This document shows, one piece after another, positions 20,289-29,986 of a stretch of 64,000 nt of DNA. The stretch covers positions 130,436 through 194,435 of the forward strand of contig JBHLKY010000001.1 in the NCBI GenBank assembly GCA_048886185.1, read 5' to 3'. The notes beneath the pieces were generated by a model that saw nothing but the letters and a program-made list of their open reading frames with translations, had not been told where the DNA came from and made no database searches. The position numbers and the translations under genes are program-made. How positions within the stretch are numbered: position 1 is the stretch's first letter; each line of letters begins with the position of its first letter. This DNA is from Candidatus Hermodarchaeota archaeon. Lineage in GTDB: Archaea > Asgardarchaeota > Heimdallarchaeia > Hodarchaeales > Hodarchaeaceae.

Positions 20289-20796
20289 ATATTACAAATC
20301 CTAAATTCATTGAAGCTTGTAAGACCGAATTATTACTAAGATATTTAAAAACTATACTATTCTCATCCTCGTCCGAGGTGAGATACTTGTTAAAAATTAA
20401 ATCATTTCGATTATTAGTAAATGAGGAGAAGATAGTAGCAAAAAGATTTGTACAACAATTCATTGGAAATTCTTTAGTTGGAATGGTAGAAAGTCTTCGT
20501 TTAAAGGATCCATCTATTCGTAAAATTGATCTTGTGATAGAATTTAATGATAGTTAATCCCTCATAATCATGAATAAGATCCAAATTTCTTGTACTTTTG
20601 ATACATTTGTCTTATAATATTATTTACATTTCTGATTTGAATTTTTTTTAACAACTATTACCAATACAATATATAGAATTATTTTAATCCCATAAAATGG
20701 AAAAATAATAAAAATTATCCTAATTAGAATAGGATCAATATTGAAATATTCTCCTAAACCACCACAAACACCAACTAGCTATTTATCTTCTCTGCT

Positions 20797-20982
20797 TCAA
20801 AAAAATTTTTTAAATTGGGATAGTCTATGAGTCCGTTGGTAAGACAATAGGGGTCTTTCGGGGAGTCTCTCACTTTTCTTCTCTATCCATTTTTGAGAAC
20901 TGTGTAATTCCAACCCACAATTACTGCAGGGCATATTGACTGTATTTATCATCATTCCACATTTATCACAATAATGTGCCAT
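20797..20982 (-). CDS. small zinc-ribbon protein
   Basis: 61 aa with 'CDKCGMMINTVNMPCSNCG' (CxxC-x11-CxxC). It lies in a roughly 900-nt AT-rich intergenic region. Confidence 0.3.
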   Translation of the reverse strand: MAHYCDKCGMMINTVNMPCSNCGLELHSSQKWIEKKSERLPERPLLSYQRTHRLSQFKKFF

Positions 20983-21190
20983 GTTTAAGATTTCCTTAAT
21001 ACATATAGATGACAGAATATGGTTATTTTTAATCTATGGCTAATATTTATACCTTTACTTCCCCTTGGTCATTTTAGCGAGCTAATAGTATTCCTCTAGT
21101 AAATCTCAAAAGTAATTAGTTTAAATTCTTATTATGACAAGTAAAAAACTAGAATTATCTGTTTATTTCCAAAAGGAGTTAAATTAGGGG

Positions 21191-22699
21191 ATGAAATCCT
21201 CATTCAATAATAAAATGGATCTCAATGATGAAACCAAGGCATTTTTTAACTTTATTACGCATCCAACTAAATTAGAATCATTAATCATGTTAGAACAGCT
21301 TATTAAAGACACTAAGGATGAAAATCTAAGATGTTTCTGGAAAATACTTTCAGATAAAAATCTAGAATGTTTTAGACTTACATGTAAAGAAAATAATACA
21401 TCTAAGGAAGTATATTATATTGATCTTGAAACTCCGATATTATTTTATCCTGTATTCCAGAATCACATCTCTTTAAATATTGCCTCGAATTTTTTTTCTC
21501 TAGCGAGTAAAATTAAGTCAAATTTATTGAATTTCTATAGTCAAGAAGTCGAAAGTTCTTTTATTTTAATAAAAAAAGGTACAACTGAAAAATTGGTTGA
21601 TTCTTATACTTTTAAAGTAGAAGATCAGGATATCAAATTGTTACAAAGGTCTAATCTTTATAGATCTAGGAGAAAAGAAATATCCCAAAAGAATTTAGAC
21701 AATTTTCTTAAGAATAACGAGTCTATGTTAAATAATAGATTAAAAAAAGACGAAGGGGTTTATGCTTCGCTTGGAGATCATTTGTTATTTAAATCAGATA
21801 GTTTAAATCTTCAAAATGGCAAAAAGCGCTTTCCTGTTGGTCAACGAAACCCCAAAAATCGCTTGAATCTGTTAACGGGGAGAGAATGGATAAAATTTTC
21901 TAAAACATGGTTTATTCATCGTCCTCCATCACGAAAAGATGAAGAATTTTTACATCCTGCTAAATTCCCTGAGACACTTATTAGAAAGTTTATCACCTTT
22001 TTTACAAAACCAGGTGAATTAGTGCTAGATCCATTTCTTGGTACTGGAAGCGCGCTCATCGCTGCTAAACAGAGCAACAGGAGTGGAGTGGGAATTGAAC
22101 TCTCTCCTACTTACGCTAAAATTTCTAAAAACCGTTTAAAAGGAATAAATTCTCTATTATATCCCCCTTTATACCAAACTGATGAATCATGCTTTTGGAA
22201 GGTTATTTGTGGAGATTCTAGGAATTTAAATGACTACTGGGAGGATTTTAATTTACCAACTGTTGATTTTTGTATCACGAGCCCTCCTTATTGGAATCAG
22301 CTCCAACGAAATACTATTCGACAAAGGAAACGAAAACATGAGGGCTTAGATACACAATATAGTTATGATGATCCAAAGGATTTAGGGAACATTGATAATT
22401 ATAACAACTTCCTAAGTGAACAACAGAAAATATTTGGTAATGTTTACGAAATTCTACGACCTAATGGATACTTAGTCATAATCACAAATCATGTTTTTAC
22501 AGATGGACAGGTTTATCCCTTAGCTTATGACACAGTATCTAGTTTAATTAATGATAAAAAACATAATTGGATACAAAAAGATGAAAAAATATGGTTACAA
22601 GATGATAAGTCCTTGGTGGCATTAGGGGTAAATTATGCTTGGGTTGGAAATAGGTGCCACCAGTATTGTCTTATTCTAAGAAAAGAAGTATCAAACTAG
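21191..22699 (+). CDS. DNA methyltransferase (N4-C/N6-A, SPPY type) with a 240-aa N-terminal domain of unknown function
   Basis: 'HPAKFPETLIRKFITFFTKPGELVLDPFLGTGSALIAA' (AdoMet motif I region) precedes 'ITSPPYWN' (motif IV) by about 80 aa. This is a permuted order relative to beta-class enzymes. No adjacent nuclease gene. Confidence 0.7.
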   Translation: MKSSFNNKMDLNDETKAFFNFITHPTKLESLIMLEQLIKDTKDENLRCFWKILSDKNLECFRLTCKENNTSKEVYYIDLETPILFYPVFQNHISLNIASNFFSLASKIKSNLLNFYSQEVESSFILIKKGTTEKLVDSYTFKVEDQDIKLLQRSNLYRSRRKEISQKNLDNFLKNNESMLNNRLKKDEGVYASLGDHLLFKSDSLNLQNGKKRFPVGQRNPKNRLNLLTGREWIKFSKTWFIHRPPSRKDEEFLHPAKFPETLIRKFITFFTKPGELVLDPFLGTGSALIAAKQSNRSGVGIELSPTYAKISKNRLKGINSLLYPPLYQTDESCFWKVICGDSRNLNDYWEDFNLPTVDFCITSPPYWNQLQRNTIRQRKRKHEGLDTQYSYDDPKDLGNIDNYNNFLSEQQKIFGNVYEILRPNGYLVIITNHVFTDGQVYPLAYDTVSSLINDKKHNWIQKDEKIWLQDDKSLVALGVNYAWVGNRCHQYCLILRKEVSN

Positions 22700-23002
22700 T
22701 TTTTCCGATGCTGATAAAGATTAGCTTATCATTAAAGGATTCTTATCCTCATATCACAAATTTCGAAAGAGAAATAGTAGCATGTCTTGTCTCACAAGTT
22801 GGTGTCATAATGGTTGGGAACATGCATTGATTTTAAGGAAGAAGGATTTGATAAGGCATCAAGACTTGTTTTAAGTATGATGGAGGCAATTGGTGAAAGC
22901 GAACAGGCAGATAGATTTTCTTTATTCGATCCTATTGAAGAGTTATTTTAGTTAAAGGTTAGTTAATGTATTTTTAGAAGAGATTCTTAGCAGATTAACT
23001 CC

Positions 23003-23596
23003 TTACAGTAGTTTTTCATAAACGATAATTGGGAAAGTACTCTCTGGAGGATGTTTTTGAGTCAATTGAGAGAAGTTTTTCGATTCTATAATACCCATAA
23101 GGGATATTGGTGTTATTTCATAAGGTAAATCTATTGCATATTTATCAAAAAAGTCAGTAGTTAATAGGACTTCATAAAAACGATGAATTTCCTGAAAAAG
23201 GAGTTTTTCCAGCCATAATTTTATTCCAATGTCATCACGAACCCAAATTTCTAACCGATGGATTGCATAATTTTCTGAAATCAATTTGTATGCTTTTTCA
23301 ATTAATCTTGTTGCTATTTTCTTTCTACGGTATTGGGGATGTACCCCAACGACTGAGATCATACCCCCACGCTCATTATTATTAAAACAAAATTGTCCTG
23401 GTTCTTGTTCAATCTCTATATCTAAAATACCAACAATTTTTTCTTTATAAACTCCGATTAATTCAATACTTGGAGTTTCGTATCTAGGTTTCACTTTAAC
23501 TAATTCATCATAATAAATTGAATTATAATAGGCAAAATGATGACAGTTTATCCAGTCGTCTTCATCTGAAGGATTATAGTGACGGATTTTTAGCAT
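23003..23596 (-). CDS. GNAT-family N-acetyltransferase
   Basis: 'QYRRKKIATRLIEKAYKL' is the acetyl-CoA binding motif A. Confidence 0.55.
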   Translation of the reverse strand: MLKIRHYNPSDEDDWINCHHFAYYNSIYYDELVKVKPRYETPSIELIGVYKEKIVGILDIEIEQEPGQFCFNNNERGGMISVVGVHPQYRRKKIATRLIEKAYKLISENYAIHRLEIWVRDDIGIKLWLEKLLFQEIHRFYEVLLTTDFFDKYAIDLPYEITPISLMGIIESKNFSQLTQKHPPESTFPIIVYEKLL

Positions 23597-23647
23597 ATTT
23601 ATGTCCTCTACGATCTATATGCCTCATTTTGCAATATTTTAAGTAAT

Positions 23648-25777
23648 TTATCCTTCATTCCTTTTCTTTATTGGTGTTTCAATTAGTGATAACATTTCTC
23701 TTAACAACTCAGTAATTTCATCATGAGCTCCAATAATAAACTTCATACTACCCACTAATTCGTGCCCTCCCCCTTCTATTCCTGCTTTAGGGAGCTTTTT
23801 TGAACAATTTGAAACCAATTTGGGGAAATCTAATTGTACATTTTGAGAGCGGAAAATAGCAAAATCAGGGCCTAAGCCTATAGTTACAAGAGGAGATTCT
23901 AGATCTTTTTTTGCTAGATGATCGAAAAGAGAACCTGTTATTTTTCCTGGAGGTGGGTAATCGAATCTACTAGCATATTTCTCGACATCTAATATTGCTA
24001 AATGAATTCCATTCACTAACTTCTCTTCTTGAACATATTCTAGAGATATTTGTAACTGATTTTCAAGATGTTTACGAGCCTCATTTGATAAAAGCCTAAC
24101 ATAATTAATTTGTTTCTCCTGTTTTCCCTGTAGCCCTAAAAGATCGCTTAGGAGAAGACGTCCTGGTGAGAATTTTAAAAAATAGGCTTGGTAATCAACT
24201 GCTACAGCAATATCTTCTAGAAAATTCTCTGAATAATCCTTTTCTATAGCAATTGTTAAGTATTGGTTTAATTCGTCCCCTGATACACGATCACCTTTTC
24301 CTGCGATAGCTGGGAGATGGCTTATAGTGTCAGTGATATTAGGTTCAATTTGTCTGGCTAATTCACAACCTAACATTCCAGTACATATATTATAGTCGCC
24401 ACCAACAAAATAAACATTTAGATGAGTATCAATAGTATTTTGAATAATACTTGAGGGAAAATGATGATCAATGACTATAATTTCTATTTCATATGATTTT
24501 AGTAAATTGTATGAGAATAAACTTTCCTCACTGCTTCCTGAATCTAAAATTACAATCAAAGGTATTTTATCACCGAATCTATCCTGATCTGATAGCGCGA
24601 AATCAAGATCTCTAATTGCATCAATGGGATCATAAAAAGGAGGTTTATTAGGCGTTCTCTTAACTAGGTGCCTTAATTTTTCCTCATCTGTATCAAATAG
24701 TTGAAACCAAAGTTCTCGACATGCTGTCTCTAATGCAATTCCTGCAACAATTCCATCACAATCATTATGATGTCTAATTATCACGGGTTGTAATTCTAGT
24801 AATGCTCGGCGAATTCTTTTTGCTATACTAACAAATTTTTCTTGTAATAAGTCCAGTGTTTCAGATTTTATCATAAAATCGACTTTCGGGGGTTCACTTC
24901 GCGATTCAAGTAGATTTTCCATCTTTTGAGTAAATAAATTGGCATAAGTCTCATCAACGATGAAAATATCGGAAATCTCAATTTGTTCTGAATCTCTGTG
25001 ATGTGTGTATTCTCCCATAACTTCAACGATGTCTCCAACTTTGATTTCCTCCGCAAACTCAAGATGAAATGCTGCAGCTTCTATCACACCTGTTTCATCT
25101 AAGAGGGTAAGAATTTTCGGCCCCCGAGGAATTTGATGAATGTTCTCAATCCTTGCGTGAATTGAGAAAAAAGTCCCAACTTCACGGTCTGTATTGATTT
25201 TCTGAAAAGGAACAACGTCATGGACACGTTTCCTTAAAATTTTGGAAGTATCTCTAATAGGTACCTCCAGAAATTCTAGCTTCTCACCTTTCTTATTTTT
25301 AAGTTTAACAAATAAGGGATCCCCTTTATTTCCCTCAAACTGTTTATTTCTAATTAATCCCTCTACTTTTGGTGTCAGTTGAACAAAAAATCCAAAATCA
25401 GTATTTTTAACCATTGTGGCAGAGTAAACTTTCTTAAATTCTACTGTAGCTGATGAAGCAGGGGGAATCAACTCAAAAATAACTGGATTTTTTTCACACA
25501 TCTCACATAGCTGTATTCCAGCTGGTATATTTTTCTCACAAACAATACACTGATTTTTCTTTGTTCCTGTTCCTTTACATACAGGACAGGTCTTTTCAAT
25601 CGATTTTAATATCTGACCTGATCCTGAACAATCGGAACAGGCATTCTTCTTTGATGGTTTAGAACCTACTATAATTTTTGTTGAACCCATTCCATGACAG
25701 GTTGGGCATTTAATCTTGCGTTCACTAGAGATTTTTCCCGTTCCAGAACATTTGGGGCACTTTGAAAGTGAAGACAT
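23648..25777 (-). CDS. RecJ-like DHH/DHHA1 phosphoesterase with N-terminal DnaJ-type zinc finger and OB folds
   Basis: Four perfect CxxCxGxG repeats (CPKCSGTG, CPTCHGMG, CSDCSGSG, CPVCKGTG) plus an extra CxxC...CxxC ribbon; two OB/S1-like segments; DHH motifs 'HHNDCDGIVAG' and 'IVIDHHFP'; DHHA1 'GGGHELVG'. Confidence 0.65.
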   Translation of the reverse strand: MSSLSKCPKCSGTGKISSERKIKCPTCHGMGSTKIIVGSKPSKKNACSDCSGSGQILKSIEKTCPVCKGTGTKKNQCIVCEKNIPAGIQLCEMCEKNPVIFELIPPASSATVEFKKVYSATMVKNTDFGFFVQLTPKVEGLIRNKQFEGNKGDPLFVKLKNKKGEKLEFLEVPIRDTSKILRKRVHDVVPFQKINTDREVGTFFSIHARIENIHQIPRGPKILTLLDETGVIEAAAFHLEFAEEIKVGDIVEVMGEYTHHRDSEQIEISDIFIVDETYANLFTQKMENLLESRSEPPKVDFMIKSETLDLLQEKFVSIAKRIRRALLELQPVIIRHHNDCDGIVAGIALETACRELWFQLFDTDEEKLRHLVKRTPNKPPFYDPIDAIRDLDFALSDQDRFGDKIPLIVILDSGSSEESLFSYNLLKSYEIEIIVIDHHFPSSIIQNTIDTHLNVYFVGGDYNICTGMLGCELARQIEPNITDTISHLPAIAGKGDRVSGDELNQYLTIAIEKDYSENFLEDIAVAVDYQAYFLKFSPGRLLLSDLLGLQGKQEKQINYVRLLSNEARKHLENQLQISLEYVQEEKLVNGIHLAILDVEKYASRFDYPPPGKITGSLFDHLAKKDLESPLVTIGLGPDFAIFRSQNVQLDFPKLVSNCSKKLPKAGIEGGGHELVGSMKFIIGAHDEITELLREMLSLIETPIKKRNEG

Positions 25778-26066
25778 ATCATTTCACACATTTAGAAAAC
25801 TTTAATGAAATTAAATTGATTTTAAGATTCCCAGTTTCTAAGGATATAGACATTAACGACGCTATGTCTACTCCGAATAAAATTGAACAAGGTACTTATA
25901 TTTATAGACAAATTATTTTATTTCAAATGATACAATTGTTGTATTAAATATAAAAAATACAGAAAAACGGTCAAGAATACAAATAGTATTCATTTAAAAC
26001 AAGTCTATTTAAGATCAACGCATATTTTAATAGTAAATTCAAATAATATTTTTAGGTGAATATGTC

Positions 26067-27683
26067 GTGAATGATGAACCCTCGATGAGGGAAGAAGTAA
26101 TTATCTTTTCTGACAGCCATATCTCAAAATTTACTGGTCTTTTTAACAAAAAAGCATTTACTACTGGCGTAAAACTCATTCAAGGTCTTATAAAGGCAAA
26201 TCCTAAGGCTTATCTTTTGCATCTTGGGGATATTACCGATTCAGGTACTTATGAAGATTTTGTTTTTGCTAAAAGCCTACTTGATGAAAATTTTTCCAAT
26301 ACAAACAATTTTTATACTTTAACTGGAAATCATGATATGCGTAACATCGGGGATAAACTTTGGGGAGACTTCTTTGGTGAACGGCAATTCCTCATTGACA
26401 CTACAAAAAACGGAGGAAATATGGTTATCCTTGGTATTGATAGCTCTGAACCAGACGAAAATATAGGTAGAATAGGTGATCGAGGTCTTGAAGCAATTCA
26501 TGAACTTCAAAGTTATAGTGATGACATTGTAAAAGTACTTTGTTTTCATCATCATTTATTACCAATTCCAAACACAGGAAGGGAAAGATCAATGATCTTG
26601 GACGCAGGTGATGTCATGCAAGTCATTTGGAAAGCAGGAGTAGATGTGATTATTACAGCCCATAGGCACTATCCAAATATCTTTTCACTTTCGAATGGAA
26701 TTAGGAGTTGCTTACTTGTTAATTGTGGAACTTTTAGTAGTTTTAAAACCCGTGGAAAAGCCGGACATACTTTCGTGGAACTAAGGTTTGAAAATGAAAG
26801 ATTGGATGTTAATATTTATGGGATAGAATCATATTCAAAATATAAAAAACCTGTTAAAGAAACCATTTCTATATTGAAGGGCGAACTTAAACCTCAAACG
26901 GGCTATTTCGTTCCTGGAGACAAAATCTTAAGTAAGATTTGTCAATTCTCGGATACTCACTTCAGCCCAGGAAATCATTTTCTTTCTGAAGTTTATGATC
27001 TTGGTATTAAGATGATGATCCGTGAGGAACCAAATATACTTATTCATTGTGGAGATTTGACAAATGATGCTTATCCTGAGGATTTTGCCGTTGCTAAAAT
27101 AAAGCTAAGAGAGTTACGTGATCTTAATATCCCTTACTTAATTGTCCCAGGTTCAAGGGATTTACAACCATTTGGCCGTGAAATGTTTCTTCAACAGGTT
27201 GGTCCTTTAGATCCTGTATACGAAGATCCAAGTATTCGTATTCTAGGAATTAATACTGGACCTGATGCCTCAGGTCACGTTGGACGTAGTCGATTGAAGA
27301 TGATTGAGTATGAGTATAAGACTTATGGTTCATATAAATTCTTTTTTGTTGTTATGCACCATAGCGTACTACCAGTCCCACGTGCTCGTTTTAAGCGAGC
27401 AGTTACAGACGCAGGTGACGTAATAGATTTTGTTACTTGTCATAAAGTACCTCTTGTTTTATCAGGACTTGATCATTATGCTACAACAATGCAAGTGAAC
27501 GAAACGGTATTTGTAAACGCTGGGACATTCTCGAGCAAGAAAATTCGCTCTAAAAGAATGAACACCTTTAATGTTATTACTATTTATGAAAGTGGAGTAA
27601 TACATGTTGAAGAAATTGAAATTCATAGTAGTACTCGTCATCTTTTAGGATTATATAGAGTGCCCATTACCTCATCGAGATAA
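26067..27683 (+). CDS. tandem calcineurin-like metallophosphoesterase
   Basis: Two copies of GD...GNHD...HHH-type motifs ('LHLGDITDSG','TGNHDM','CFHHHLLP' and 'IHCGDLTNDAY','MHHSVLP'). Confidence 0.6.
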   Translation: MNDEPSMREEVIIFSDSHISKFTGLFNKKAFTTGVKLIQGLIKANPKAYLLHLGDITDSGTYEDFVFAKSLLDENFSNTNNFYTLTGNHDMRNIGDKLWGDFFGERQFLIDTTKNGGNMVILGIDSSEPDENIGRIGDRGLEAIHELQSYSDDIVKVLCFHHHLLPIPNTGRERSMILDAGDVMQVIWKAGVDVIITAHRHYPNIFSLSNGIRSCLLVNCGTFSSFKTRGKAGHTFVELRFENERLDVNIYGIESYSKYKKPVKETISILKGELKPQTGYFVPGDKILSKICQFSDTHFSPGNHFLSEVYDLGIKMMIREEPNILIHCGDLTNDAYPEDFAVAKIKLRELRDLNIPYLIVPGSRDLQPFGREMFLQQVGPLDPVYEDPSIRILGINTGPDASGHVGRSRLKMIEYEYKTYGSYKFFFVVMHHSVLPVPRARFKRAVTDAGDVIDFVTCHKVPLVLSGLDHYATTMQVNETVFVNAGTFSSKKIRSKRMNTFNVITIYESGVIHVEEIEIHSSTRHLLGLYRVPITSSR

Positions 27684-27710
27684 TCTAATCTTAATATTCT
27701 TATTAAAGTT

Positions 27711-28184
27711 GTGAGATCATTGAATCAAAGTTATATTAGTAAAGAAGGATGGATATCTAAATTAGACGCTCTAAGGGGTTCTACAGAGAGGATTTTAAAC
27801 CTCAGCCCTGATTGGAGGGCTTCAAATGGTTGGGATCTGAAAGATTTAATGATTCATCTTACTGCATGGGATGAGGAATACTTAAGCATTTTAAGAAGTC
27901 AGATACATAAAGAATCCTATATTCCAAGGTTTTGCCGATTTTCTGACTATAAGAAAGAAGAGCAAATGAAATTCGTTAATCGTTGGAATAATCAAATATT
28001 GAATGATAAGAGGCATTTGTCCTTTGAAAAAATTCGTAAATATTTTATTAAAACCCGTCAAAGAGTGTTCAGGGAATTTGGAGGGATATGGTCTGATGAT
28101 AGGGGACTTTCAAACGATTTTGCTCTCCAAATTAGTGATCTTTCCGCCCATGACGCTGAACATATCGCTAAAGGTATAAAATAA
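27711..28184 (+). CDS. DinB/ClbS-like four-helix-bundle protein (tentative)
   Basis: 'DLKDLMIHLTAWDEEYLSIL' pattern. Weak. Confidence 0.25.
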   Translation: MRSLNQSYISKEGWISKLDALRGSTERILNLSPDWRASNGWDLKDLMIHLTAWDEEYLSILRSQIHKESYIPRFCRFSDYKKEEQMKFVNRWNNQILNDKRHLSFEKIRKYFIKTRQRVFREFGGIWSDDRGLSNDFALQISDLSAHDAEHIAKGIK

Positions 28185-28266
28185 GGGATTAAGAAGACAT
28201 CTATTAAGGCTACAAGGTGTAGATAGAGATTAACATTAAGAAGCCAAACAGATCTTTCTATAGATT

Positions 28267-28890
28267 TTATTCTTCTATATAATTGTGAGATGGAGGGAAG
28301 ATTAACACCAATTCAGCCTGTAAAAGCTTTTTTTGAACCTTAGATTGAAACCGATGACTTTCTAGAACCTTAATTAACTGGATAAGATCTGTTGTTTCTA
28401 TAAGAATCTGGAAGATTGGTTTATTATCGGCAATTTTGATTTCGATACGACCAAAACTGTCAATTTTTCCTCCAATCTTTTTTCTTTGCCATCGGTCGAG
28501 TTTCAAATAGTGGATATCGTTGTATCTGCTTTTTTCCACCTTATAGATTGATTTCATTCTTGATTGAAATAATGAAAAAATTGATCCGATCCCATATGCT
28601 ACTGCATATTTATTTATCTGAACGAACCTGTAATGTTTTGGGACAAGCCATGGAATTATGAACAACCATGTAAAAGGGACTATTAAAAATGAACTCCATT
28701 GAACAAACAAAAAAGCAAAAAATCCAAAGAGTACTGTAAAAATGAGGCTATTTCTTAGGAATCCAGAAGTATTTCTAAGATAGCAGCGATAGATAACAGT
28801 TTTATCGGAGGAAGGAAAAAACTCACCTGGGGTGAGCGCTTGATCTTTACCTATAGCCAAAACAAAAACCCTGTACCATTTTTCAAGCAT
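28267..28890 (-). CDS. membrane protein, bacterial PH-like (DUF304-like) architecture (tentative)
   Basis: A 2-TM hairpin is followed by a beta-rich domain. Confidence 0.3.
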   Translation of the reverse strand: MLEKWYRVFVLAIGKDQALTPGEFFPSSDKTVIYRCYLRNTSGFLRNSLIFTVLFGFFAFLFVQWSSFLIVPFTWLFIIPWLVPKHYRFVQINKYAVAYGIGSIFSLFQSRMKSIYKVEKSRYNDIHYLKLDRWQRKKIGGKIDSFGRIEIKIADNKPIFQILIETTDLIQLIKVLESHRFQSKVQKKLLQAELVLIFPPSHNYIEE

Positions 28891-28943
28891 AATTCTATTA
28901 TGAGCTCATCATCAAGAGTCACTTTTTCAAATTATTTTAGTGA

Positions 28944-29813
28944 CTAAATATAATGTTTTGCCATAATTAATTCTTGTTCAGTAAACTTGAATCCCCATCG
29001 TTTATACATTTCATTATGAAAATTACTTTTAGCAAAAGTCGTCAATAAAACTTTCTGAACTTGTTGTTTCTTGAACCACTGAAAAGCCTTAACGGTGAGA
29101 CTGGTTGCGATGTGTTGTTTTCGATATTCTGGAAGAGTAGCAATTCGCGCATAATGTCCCTCGATCCCATTCGCAGAAATAGAGTTTGAATTGTATCCTA
29201 TTAGTTTATCATTCAAAAGGGCTATAAATAGGGAATTTGTTTTTGATTCGATTTCTTCTCTAAACTCCTCTCTAGTTTTTCTCCAATAATCTGAAAAGCA
29301 GATCTTCTCCAACTTAACAAGAGCTCTGAGGTCATTTTTTGTAGCTGACTTGATTTTTACATTAGGATTTGGCTGATATGGAAAAAAAAGATCACTTTTT
29401 TCATAACAATTAATTTTGGTTATAATGTGGAACCTGTGTTTAATGAAAAAATCTTTTGTATTGAAAAATTTCTCGGGAATTCGTACAGAGAGATATCGCA
29501 GATTAGGTTGCCTTGTAAGAAACTCTTTCTCTAATAATTGTATAAGATCACTACCAATTTGACGTCGTTGAAAGCTTGGGAGAACATAAAGAGAAAAAAT
29601 TCTTGCTTTATGTGAACTGTTTTGGTCTCCTATTATATAGCCAATAATTTTTGAGAATTGCACTGCTATTTTAACAAGATGGGAATTGAACATGATATAT
29701 CTACGAAAGTTGGAATGTTCAACAGGATTATCAAAATCTCCAAATATCTGGATATACAATTCTTCAAAGGATTTGAGATATGTTTCATTAAGGGAATGAA
29801 GTTTTATATCCAT
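28944..29813 (-). CDS. tandem GNAT acetyltransferase (two GNAT domains)
   Basis: Two motif-A-like segments, 'QRRQIGSDLIQLLEKEF' and 'YRKQHIATSLTVKAFQWF'. Confidence 0.5.
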   Translation of the reverse strand: MDIKLHSLNETYLKSFEELYIQIFGDFDNPVEHSNFRRYIMFNSHLVKIAVQFSKIIGYIIGDQNSSHKARIFSLYVLPSFQRRQIGSDLIQLLEKEFLTRQPNLRYLSVRIPEKFFNTKDFFIKHRFHIITKINCYEKSDLFFPYQPNPNVKIKSATKNDLRALVKLEKICFSDYWRKTREEFREEIESKTNSLFIALLNDKLIGYNSNSISANGIEGHYARIATLPEYRKQHIATSLTVKAFQWFKKQQVQKVLLTTFAKSNFHNEMYKRWGFKFTEQELIMAKHYI

Positions 29814-29986
29814 TTACTTGTTCTTCCTAGATTGAATTCTGTAACTATGCAATCTTAAATCTATTAAGAGAAGTATTTAAGTATTTTAATTTGACCTGAG
29901 GATGGTTCTTTCTTTGAAGAAATATCTTGACAAACTTTTGTAAAAATTCTTTCGGCTCTTAATCTTGAACGCAAAAGTGACATAAT

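Noticed and set aside
20258-20557. 99-aa plus-strand ORF from the six-frame track
   Set aside because: It overlaps the 5' end of the ABC ATPase gene on the opposite strand and runs into an AT-rich intergenic tract. It has no motif and is probably spurious.
20290-21190. Integrated mobile element boundary with integrase/transposase
   Set aside because: The AT-rich gap is suggestive, but no recombinase, transposase or terminal repeats were identifiable anywhere in the window.
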